A model generated the notes under the pieces. The model was given only the letters and a program-made list of their open reading frames with translations, had not been told where the DNA came from and did not search any database. DNA of 64,000 bases from Alphaproteobacteria bacterium (lineage in GTDB: Bacteria > Pseudomonadota > Alphaproteobacteria > CAAHEQ01 > UBA3637). Location: NCBI GenBank assembly GCA_017960645.1, contig JAGCYU010000022.1:141-64140 (forward strand), written 5' to 3'. The position numbers and the translations under genes were made by a program. Positions 1 to 7,344 of this stretch are shown in pieces. Numbering within the stretch: the stretch's first letter is position 1; each line of letters starts with the position of its first letter.

Positions 1-74
1 TCGTTCCGGGGCTCGGAGAGGGGAGAAATTCCTTGCCGGCCAGAGCTTGGGGCACGGGAACCTCGTTCCGGGGG
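1..74. repeat. Short GC-rich REP-like repeat (TCGTTCCGGGG twice; hairpin GGAAC-CTC-GTTCC)
   Basis: TCGTTCCGGGG at 1-11 and 63-73; the first copy may be cut by the window edge. Confidence 0.4.
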
Positions 75-116
75 TTGAAAAAACATTGTCATTAAAAAAA
101 AGAAAGGGGAAAGAAA

Positions 117-620
117 ATGAAAAAGTATTTATTATTAACAGCATTGTTTTTGACAACAACGGCTCAAGCAGATTTCTGGTCGAACTGTACGACCTATGGC
201 GGCACAATCATCACCGCAAATAAATATGGCACCGATGCCAACGGCAACAACTTGGATAAAGGCGGCCTGTGCAACGATCCAAACGATCCCAATCTAACGA
301 ACAACTGTAATGGCAAGAAGTTTTGTGTAAGCGGTAACAGAATGAATTGGTGGAGCGCTTTTACTTGGTGTGAAAGTATAGGGGGACAGTTGGCGTCTTT
401 TGAGCATATGTGCCCAGGTACTCAAGCTCTTAATGGAAACGCTTGCCCCAATCTAACAGCAGTTTATAACATAACCAAAACTTATTTGTGGAATTCAGTA
501 AAACTTCCCAACGGGATGATATTGAATGTATCGCCTCAAACAGGGATTACACGAAACTATTTTGCAAACGAGTCGTATGATTCAAAGGGGTCGGTATTCG
601 CCACATGTGAAGAAAAATAA
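117..620 (+). CDS. Secreted Cys-rich protein with C-type-lectin-like motif
   Basis: Signal peptide ending TAQA; purine-rich RBS; MNWWSAFTWCESIGGQLAS resembles the CTLD WxxAxxxCxxxGGxLAS motif. Confidence 0.65.
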   Translation: MKKYLLLTALFLTTTAQADFWSNCTTYGGTIITANKYGTDANGNNLDKGGLCNDPNDPNLTNNCNGKKFCVSGNRMNWWSAFTWCESIGGQLASFEHMCPGTQALNGNACPNLTAVYNITKTYLWNSVKLPNGMILNVSPQTGITRNYFANESYDSKGSVFATCEEK

Positions 621-640
621 AGGCTGACCTGTCTATGCCG

Positions 641-1114
641 TCAATTGATGTCGCCCAAATAGATCGTCTCTGTTTGGGTTTGCAACTTATCTGGATCTTG
701 CAAATAAGGAACCAGTTTGCGCGGGAAAAATTTAATCTGTTCCAATTCGGATGCCGTTTTCCAACAAATGACTTGGTTTTTATCCGGCTCGGTTCCTTGC
801 GCCAGGGTTGAAAAGTCCTTCACGTGGCACAAAAACATCAATTCTGTTTGTTGAAAATTCGGATCATCAAACTCCATATCGTGGTTTTTAGCCAAATAAT
901 CGCGGATAAACAGCAATGTGCCTATGTCAGCCTCAAGCCCCAGCTCTTCTTTTAATTCCCGATGTAAAGCGCCGTGTATAGTCTCACCAAAATGATGTCC
1001 GCCACCGGGCAGTTTATAAAACTCACCGCGGCCTTGATTCACCTGCTCTATTAAAAACTTACCATCTTTGATGATAATGGCTTTAATGGAATACCTGAAA
1101 ATAGTATCTGTCAT
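641..1114 (-). CDS. NUDIX hydrolase
   Basis: Nudix box PGGGHHFGETIHGALHRELKEELG. Confidence 0.9.
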   Translation of the reverse strand: MTDTIFRYSIKAIIIKDGKFLIEQVNQGRGEFYKLPGGGHHFGETIHGALHRELKEELGLEADIGTLLFIRDYLAKNHDMEFDDPNFQQTELMFLCHVKDFSTLAQGTEPDKNQVICWKTASELEQIKFFPRKLVPYLQDPDKLQTQTETIYLGDIN

Positions 1115-1329
1115 GATCTATTGCTCCTGTGTACTGGAATAACCTTGCTTTTAAAATACTCTATATTGGTACAAAAATCAATTTTTAATTTTATCACCTG
1201 TTTATTCGACCGGTAAAATATCAAACAAAGAAAATCACTCAGAAAAATAATATCCCCACTCACATTTCAAAAAACTTGACAAAACCAATATCTTATAGTA
1301 TAATTTGCTGTGCAAAGGGAGTTAACCGC

Positions 1330-1557
1330 ATGCAAAATAAAAATATGATGACAAAAGAAGATAAACAAATGCAAAAAGGCACTAGAGAAGCGATCAAATT
1401 TCTTGCTATTTTGGGCGCAATAGTCGTAACTGGCGGCGCTGTAGGCTCTGCCTTCATGGTGCATGAAACAGGCGATGGAATCGGAAGCGGTTTTGTGCTC
1501 GGCTCTATTATAACAGCGGGGATTCTTGCCATCTCGCACTCAATAACAAACGATTAA
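1330..1557 (+). CDS. Small two-TM membrane protein (75 aa)
   Basis: TTGACA-17-TATAAT promoter (1276-1304), RBS AAGGGAG, ATG 1330; two Gly-rich hydrophobic segments. Confidence 0.7.
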   Translation: MQNKNMMTKEDKQMQKGTREAIKFLAILGAIVVTGGAVGSAFMVHETGDGIGSGFVLGSIITAGILAISHSITND

Positions 1558-1579
1558 TACCCCGCTAGGGGCAAAAATT

Positions 1580-1720
1580 AAACCGTCCCAAAACGGACGG
1601 TGTTTTTATTGGTACAACTCGCTTAACGAATACCGAGCCAACAATTTAGCGGATTTTAAAAAGTTGGCATTACGAGTGGAATCGTTAAACTTTTAAGTTT
1701 TTTCACCACAAAAAACTTGC
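1580..1720. repeat. Cassette junction repeat 1 (terminator hairpin + TGGTAC core + left arm)
   Basis: 1580-1632 is identical over 53 nt to 2891-2943; the arm is also similar to 3798-3890. Confidence 0.9.
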
Positions 1721-2926
1721 TTTTTCAAAATGATTATGTTAGGGTATATATTATAGTCAAGGAGATAGAATGAAAAAACTATTTTGTTGTCTGACATTAC
1801 TACTATCAGTAAGTACAATAGCTTTTGCCAAAGAAAATTCCTTGTGTAAAGGTCTTGATTCATCAAGCAAAGCCTGCAAGGTGGTGGCTGACGTTATGTA
1901 CTCTGGCTTTATCAATGGGTATATTAACAGGATGAAAAGATCTGTAACACATCCATATGCTAAGGATAAATTAGTCCAAGATGTAAAAAATTTAATATCA
2001 CGTGATGCTTTTGATTCCATTTTCTATAAATGTGGAGAAACAATTACAGATCAGAGTTTAGCCCATAACTGTTTCGAAGAAGAAATTTTAAAATCTGCTA
2101 TGGTTCGTCATCTGTCTGATTCCACTTCTTCTACAATAACTTCTAACTCCGATAACGCTACTGTTTATGGCATTGGCTGTCAATATAATGAAATATATTT
2201 ACCTATATTTACATATTATCAAAAAAAGTCTACCGATGAAGTAATAAAAATTCTCACCAATTTATCCAATCAGCAAATTTTAGAAAAAGATAATTGCTCT
2301 GCTGCTGGCATTACTGGCTTTATTACTGGATTATTCATTGAACAGCCAGCACTGTATGATCAAATCCATAAACAAAATTATTCAGAAAAAATGCGAAAAC
2401 TCATTGAATTTTCTCATGCAAGTTCAAAAATTATAGATTGGGAAAAAATAGCCAATAATAAATCTTTTTTTGTAAAAACTCTAAATACTTATTGGGGACT
2501 ATTTTTTGCAACAGGAAATGAAACCCCCATAAAAGCAATTGCGAATTTTGCCTACCATAATAAAAGTGAAATAGCGTTACGTGCTAAGATGTCTTTAATC
2601 TTAAATGGTACACAACACCCTATTGTAAAAAAGATTATTGATAAAAATGAATCATAATTACCTCTTGGGTTGAAGGCAACCCATTCAATTAATTGATTTA
2701 TAAAGAAATAAATTTTAAGAGTTCGATAATTTACGGATTTTAGGCCTTTTTTATACCCCCTTGTATGTAAATTGGCTAACGCACAATTTATCCCTCCCTT
2801 TGTTCGGGACCGCCTACGGCGTCGTGTCTGCGGCGTTACATTGCACGCCTTGCCACCAAACCAGCACAAGCGTTTGAAAACAAAAAAGAAAAACCGTCCC
2901 AAAACGGACGGTGTTTTTATTGGTAC
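1610..2926. mobile_element. Non-autonomous tRNA-Leu cassette 1 (1311-bp unit)
   Basis: Bounded by TGGTAC cores at 1610 and 2921; conserved left and right arms; one cargo gene; no integrase. Confidence 0.7.
1770..2657 (+). CDS. Secreted hypothetical protein (cassette 1 cargo)
   Basis: RBS AAGGAG; signal peptide ending AFA; 295 aa; family not recognised. Confidence 0.75.
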   Translation: MKKLFCCLTLLLSVSTIAFAKENSLCKGLDSSSKACKVVADVMYSGFINGYINRMKRSVTHPYAKDKLVQDVKNLISRDAFDSIFYKCGETITDQSLAHNCFEEEILKSAMVRHLSDSTSSTITSNSDNATVYGIGCQYNEIYLPIFTYYQKKSTDEVIKILTNLSNQQILEKDNCSAAGITGFITGLFIEQPALYDQIHKQNYSEKMRKLIEFSHASSKIIDWEKIANNKSFFVKTLNTYWGLFFATGNETPIKAIANFAYHNKSEIALRAKMSLILNGTQHPIVKKIIDKNES

Positions 2927-3017
2927 AACTCGCTTAACGAATATCGAACCAATCATCCAGAGGATTTCAAAAAATTGGCACAGCAAATTGATCTATTGAA
3001 GTTTTAATTTTAGTTGC
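2720..3017. repeat. Cassette junction repeat 2 (long right arm + hairpin + core + left arm)
   Basis: 2720-2926 matches 5457-5662 with about 8 differences by eye. Confidence 0.95.
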
Positions 3018-3803
3018 AAAATTTTTCAGTTTACCTTAGCATCTACCTTAAAGGAAAAAATCATGAAATTATTTTTAAGTGGTTTGAAATTTGGAATGTT
3101 GCTACAAATTGCTGTGGGCCCTATGTGCTTAATGGTGTTCAATACAGCGAAAAATACAGGGTTCTTAACTGCTTTATCTTTAATCTTAGCAATTACACTC
3201 GTGGATGCGCTTTACATCACTTTAGCTGGCTTAGGTGTAAGTAAATTATTAAAGGGACAAAAGCGTACAAAAATTTTAAAAATGATTGGTGCTTTTGTTT
3301 TAGTATTTTTTGGACTTAGCATTATTTTAAATGTGGTCGGCATCAATGTCGTTCCGGGATTAAATTTAACCCCAACTGCAACAAGCATTTTTGTCCAAGG
3401 TTTGATACTAACACTATCTAATCCACTTACCATAGTTTTTTGGACAAGTGTTCTTGTAGATAAAATTATAGAAGATAAATTAAAAAACAAACAATTAATT
3501 ATTTTTTCATTTGGATTGGTTTCCGCAACATTATTGTTTTTGTCCGGCGTAGCTATACTCGGCAGGACTCTTTCAACATTTATCCCGGCTATGATTTCTG
3601 ATGTATTAAATATTGCTGTTGGTCTTTTAATTATATTTTTTGGGATTAGATTATTTGTTCGTCATTAAAAACACAAATCACATTCCAAGAGTTCGATAAA
3701 TTACGAATTTTGGCACTTTCGGAAGTGGATTTATCGAACCAATACAAGCACTTGGAAACAAAAAGAAAAACCGTCCCAAATCGGACGGTGAATTTTTTGG
3801 TAC
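2921..3803. mobile_element. Non-autonomous tRNA-Leu cassette 2 (877-bp unit)
   Basis: TGGTAC cores at 2921 and 3798; short right arm with GTTCGATAAAT/ATTTATCGAAC inverted repeat. Confidence 0.7.
3063..3668 (+). CDS. LysE-family amino acid exporter (cassette 2 cargo)
   Basis: N-terminal IAVGP motif, LTLSNPLTIVFW, about 6 TM segments, 201 aa. Confidence 0.9.
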   Translation: MKLFLSGLKFGMLLQIAVGPMCLMVFNTAKNTGFLTALSLILAITLVDALYITLAGLGVSKLLKGQKRTKILKMIGAFVLVFFGLSIILNVVGINVVPGLNLTPTATSIFVQGLILTLSNPLTIVFWTSVLVDKIIEDKLKNKQLIIFSFGLVSATLLFLSGVAILGRTLSTFIPAMISDVLNIAVGLLIIFFGIRLFVRH

Positions 3804-3890
3804 AGCTCGCTTAAAGAACATCGGGCCAACAATTTAGAGGATTTCAAAAAATTGGCTCTGCAGCTGAGTCGTTAAACTTTTAAGTTTTTT
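3690..3890. repeat. Cassette junction repeat 3 (short right arm + hairpin + core + left arm)
   Basis: AGTTCGATAA start, ACCGTCC...GGACGGT hairpin 3770-3789, TGGTAC 3798. Confidence 0.9.
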
Positions 3891-3911
3891 CCATCGAGGA
3901 AAAAGCAAGGA

Positions 3912-5393
3912 CTACCGTCCGCCGGGGCCATCATTGCCACCATTACCACCCAATCCTAGAATATGGCTAAACAACCCCTTAATATCTCCAGACTGTGAGG
4001 ATTTTTGGGAAGATTGATTGGGGTGATTTCTTTTAAGCTCCTCCCGCAGGCGAGAACGTAGTTTAGTCATCATTTCTACTGTGTGTGTCTCTAGGCTCAT
4101 AGTGGCCATTAATGCATTCACAAGGTCATTTTTATTCATGGTATTAAGAGCAAGCGTCCGCAATTTTACGTAGTGAATTCTTAACCGTTCTTCCTCTAAT
4201 ATATCGGTCAAATCTTCCTTTTGAAAAACTATTTTATCAAGATATTCTTCATCTAGACAAATGTCTTCTGCATCTGGTAAATTAAAATGTCGTGTCTTAG
4301 GATTTCTCAGTATAAAACCTTGATTTTCTGGGGAGTCATCATCAATGATAAAGCCTGTAAATAAATACCCGCGATAATCTTCTTTGGGAACAACAGGGAA
4401 TTTTTCTGTGTCTACTCCCGCCTTTTTCAATCGTTCAGTTTGTTTTTTGATATCGCCACCGGTAAAGATTGTCACTTTTTCATATTTAGAAATTGCAACC
4501 AATGTTTCATACAGGCCTTCTCTAAAATTCCCTTCATCATCAAATAAAGTACCATCGATATCAACCCAAATACCGCTGACTTCACCTTTTGGGTGTTCCC
4601 TTAGCACTTTTTGAAACTTTTCAACTTGCGCAAGGGAGTTATGAGAGTTACTTGGCATAACACAGTTTTGTATCTTTGCATCAGGGTATTTTTTCAATAT
4701 ATCTTTCCATTCTGATGTACTGATTGGTGTTGGTATGCCTTGTTTTTCAGTGTCAACTTCAGCATATCTTTCAATCCAATCTCGTAGTGTTGTTGCATTG
4801 AGAAAGGTTTGTATTTCTTTTGAAGTAATGAATGAATTCTCGCCATATGAAGAATCAACAAACGGCAAATTAGCAAACTGTGGAGAACGAAAACTTTTGG
4901 GCATAACCAGTGGAGCATCAAGGCCATTTTCTTTTAATTGATCCCAGTTATACACCATAAAACCAGCAATCACACGTTCCATGGAATTAATTGCGTATGC
5001 ATCACCAACCTCAGCTGTCTTCTTTGCCAAAAAATCAGCTAATTGAAGTGCATATTCAATATTTTGTTTGTTTAAAAGATAATTCCTCGCATTGTGTTGA
5101 TTGATATCATATTCAAAACCATCGCTGATATGACATGAATGGCGCCAATAACCAAACTCTTGACCTTGTTCTTTTTGTGTTTTGCCTGTCAAATCAGGGA
5201 AACCCTCTATTATGGCATTGATAATTGCTTTTTTTTGAGATGGCTTTAACAAAGCAGGATCATAATCCACAGATGCGGGATCAAATAATCGCATTAAAAC
5301 AGAACTGTCCACCTCACCACGTTTGAGATAAGATGTTTGAATAATTTCGGGAAAAAGTTTAAAAATTTCTGGATTAATATCTGTTACTTTCAT
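3912..5393 (-). CDS. Hypothetical protein with HAD-superfamily domain (cassette 3 cargo)
   Basis: HAD motifs IWVDIDGTL, IFTGG, FIIDDD; RBS AAGGAG; low-complexity C-terminal tail ending GGR. Confidence 0.7.
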   Translation of the reverse strand: MKVTDINPEIFKLFPEIIQTSYLKRGEVDSSVLMRLFDPASVDYDPALLKPSQKKAIINAIIEGFPDLTGKTQKEQGQEFGYWRHSCHISDGFEYDINQHNARNYLLNKQNIEYALQLADFLAKKTAEVGDAYAINSMERVIAGFMVYNWDQLKENGLDAPLVMPKSFRSPQFANLPFVDSSYGENSFITSKEIQTFLNATTLRDWIERYAEVDTEKQGIPTPISTSEWKDILKKYPDAKIQNCVMPSNSHNSLAQVEKFQKVLREHPKGEVSGIWVDIDGTLFDDEGNFREGLYETLVAISKYEKVTIFTGGDIKKQTERLKKAGVDTEKFPVVPKEDYRGYLFTGFIIDDDSPENQGFILRNPKTRHFNLPDAEDICLDEEYLDKIVFQKEDLTDILEEERLRIHYVKLRTLALNTMNKNDLVNALMATMSLETHTVEMMTKLRSRLREELKRNHPNQSSQKSSQSGDIKGLFSHILGLGGNGGNDGPGGR

Positions 5394-5456
5394 CGTAATC
5401 TCCTTGTTGTTATATGAACATTATACCACAGATTTTCAGAATGACAAGCTTTTTTT

Positions 5457-5662
5457 AGTTCGATAATTTACGATTTTAGGCCCTTTTTATACCCCCTTGT
5501 ATGTAAATTGGCTAACGCACAATTTATCCCTCACTTTGTTCGGGACCGCCTACGGCGTCGTGTCTGCGGCGTTACATTGCACGCCTTGCCACCAAACCAG
5601 CACAAGCGTTTGAAAACAAAAAAGAAAAACCGTCCAAAATTGGACGGTGAATTTATTGGTAC
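5457..5662. repeat. Cassette junction repeat 4 (long right arm abutting tRNA-Leu)
   Basis: Near-identical to 2720-2926. Confidence 0.95.
5618..5648 (-). terminator. Rho-independent terminator of tRNA-Leu (copies at 1582, 2893, 3770)
   Basis: ACCGTCC stem-loop followed by a T-rich run on the minus strand just after CCA. Confidence 0.8.
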
Positions 5663-5743
5663 CTCTGGTCGGACTTGAACCAACACTCTATTGCTAGAAA
5701 CAGATTTTGAGTCTGTCGCGTCTACCAATTTCGCCACAGAGGC
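5657..5743 (-). tRNA. tRNA-Leu(CAA)
   Basis: GCCTCTG...CAGAGGT-A-CCA acceptor; anticodon arm ACAGA-CTCAAAA-TCTGT; long variable arm; GTTCAAG T-loop. Confidence 0.97.
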
Positions 5744-5750
5744 TTTTTTG

Positions 5751-5791
5751 TTGACAAAGGCCATTATAGCGCATTATAATTTACTTGTCAA
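5751..5791. promoter_or_regulatory. Overlapping divergent sigma70 promoters (tRNA-Leu / SDR)
   Basis: Minus strand TTGACA(5791-5786)-17-TATAAT(5768-5763); plus strand TTGACA(5751)-18-TATAAT(5775-5780). Confidence 0.75.
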
Positions 5792-5803
5792 GGAGATTTT
5801 TTC

Positions 5804-6580
5804 ATGTTGTTTAAAACTTACACACCTAAAACAATTTTTATCACAGGCGCTTCCAGCGGGCTTGGCGCGGCGTTGGCCAAAGAATACGCCACCGAATCAA
5901 CAACCTTACATCTATGTGGACGCAACAAAGAACGCTTGGACAAAACAGCGGCTTTATGCAAAAGCCGTGGGGCGAAAGTTTACACCTATCTGTTTGACGT
6001 TCAAAAAGCCGACGAGGCACAAAAGGCATTAGAAAAAGCCTATCAGCGCACACCTTTGGATCTGGTCATTGCCAACGCTGGCGTATCAGGTGGCGTATTG
6101 GGTGATAAAGAAACTGCAGATGCAACACGCCGCATTATGCAAACGAATATTTTTGGCATGCTAAATACTGTTTTGCCTGCACTGTCTTTGATGAGAAAAC
6201 GCCGTAAAGGGCAAATCGCTATTGTTGCTTCATTAGCGGGCTATCGCGGCATGGCCAGCTGTCCGGCCTATTCTGCCAGCAAAGCCTGTGCCAAGGCGTT
6301 TGGAGAAGCTTTATACGGGCAACAAAAATCCCGCGGTATCCGTGTCACAACTATCTGTCCCGGTTTTATTGAAACACCTTTAACGGACAAAAACAAATTC
6401 TATATGCCATTTTTGATGCAGGCTCCTCAGGCAGCGTATATCATCCGCAAACGTTTAATGCATGCGCCCGCCATTATTGCTTTCCCGTGGATGATGCGCT
6501 TTGGTGCGTGGATTGGATCATGTTTGCCCAGCTGTATTGCCCTGCCCTTATTTGCGCTTTTTCCCAAAAAAGAAAAATAA
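5804..6580 (+). CDS. SDR family oxidoreductase
   Basis: TGASSGLG, NAG and YSASK motifs. Confidence 0.93.
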   Translation: MLFKTYTPKTIFITGASSGLGAALAKEYATESTTLHLCGRNKERLDKTAALCKSRGAKVYTYLFDVQKADEAQKALEKAYQRTPLDLVIANAGVSGGVLGDKETADATRRIMQTNIFGMLNTVLPALSLMRKRRKGQIAIVASLAGYRGMASCPAYSASKACAKAFGEALYGQQKSRGIRVTTICPGFIETPLTDKNKFYMPFLMQAPQAAYIIRKRLMHAPAIIAFPWMMRFGAWIGSCLPSCIALPLFALFPKKEK

Positions 6581-6633
6581 CTTATAGACATTTGCTCTGT
6601 TTTTAGCTAGAATAGGACAAAAAGGAGAAGAAT

Positions 6634-7341
6634 ATGTTTAAGAGTAAAGACAAAAATTGCAAATCCTGTGACAAAGGCTGTTCTTCTTGTCAAAGGTATC
6701 AAGAAAAAGCTTTGGAATTGGAAGTTGATGAAGAATTACGCCAAGACAAACTGAACGAATTTTGGAAAAAATATCGTTACATCATTTGCGGGGCTATTTT
6801 TTTAGTCCTTGCCATCACAGCCGCCACAGAGATTTATCAAACATGGTGGGCAAAGGTTCGTTTGAGTGAATCTGATACTTTTGAACAAGGAGTCGTGGCC
6901 GCCTACAGCGGAGATTATGAGAAATCTCGTCCCTATTTTCAACAGCTGGCCAAAGATGGAAAAACTGGATATCGCTACCTGGCACAAATAGAGCTAGCAG
7001 GTTTGGCTTTACAACATAATGACAAAGAACAAGCTTTATCATTATTAAAAGCCGTGATGGATTCTTCTGCACCAAAGGCTTTACGGTCCGTGGCAACGCT
7101 GTCCTATGTCGGCAATCAAATGGATACGATGGATTCGGCGCAAGCATTATCCTTGCTAAAACCTCTCTTGGCTGAAACTTCCTTTGTGGTGCCTGCCAGC
7201 CAACTAGCTGTGGCTGTTTACATGAAATCAGATCAAAAAGATCAAGCGAAAGCGTTATTGGACCAAGCTTTAAAACTGCCGGACTTAACCGCCGAAGCAA
7301 AGAATAAATTGGAAACATTACAAACTATGATCGGACAGTAA
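6634..7341 (+). CDS. TPR-like YfgM/DUF2659 membrane-anchored protein
   Basis: EVDEELRQD...W, single TM; conserved position before bamB-der. Confidence 0.85.
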   Translation: MFKSKDKNCKSCDKGCSSCQRYQEKALELEVDEELRQDKLNEFWKKYRYIICGAIFLVLAITAATEIYQTWWAKVRLSESDTFEQGVVAAYSGDYEKSRPYFQQLAKDGKTGYRYLAQIELAGLALQHNDKEQALSLLKAVMDSSAPKALRSVATLSYVGNQMDTMDSAQALSLLKPLLAETSFVVPASQLAVAVYMKSDQKDQAKALLDQALKLPDLTAEAKNKLETLQTMIGQ

Positions 7342-7344
7342 AAC

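Larger units (their letters stand above)
3798..5662. mobile_element. Non-autonomous tRNA-Leu cassette 3 (1859-bp unit), tRNA-proximal
   Basis: TGGTAC cores at 3798 and 5657, the latter being the tRNA 3' end. Confidence 0.7.

Noticed and set aside
117-620. Diversity-generating retroelement
   Set aside because: AAC-rich and CLec-like, but no reverse transcriptase and no second near-identical repeat in the window.
2552-2999. ORFs 2552-2986, 2772-2999 and 5531-5764 sharing peptide sequence
   Set aside because: They are translations of the non-coding repeat or the tRNA, with no RBS or proper start.
1580-5662. CRISPR array interpretation of the recurring hairpin repeat
   Set aside because: Spacing is 0.9-1.9 kb with whole genes in between, and there are no cas genes.
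1580-5662. Classical integron or IS interpretation
   Set aside because: No attC-type RYYYAAC...GTTRRRY boxes were recognised, there is no IntI or transposase, and no terminal inverted repeats with target duplications. The junctions coincide with the tRNA CCA end.
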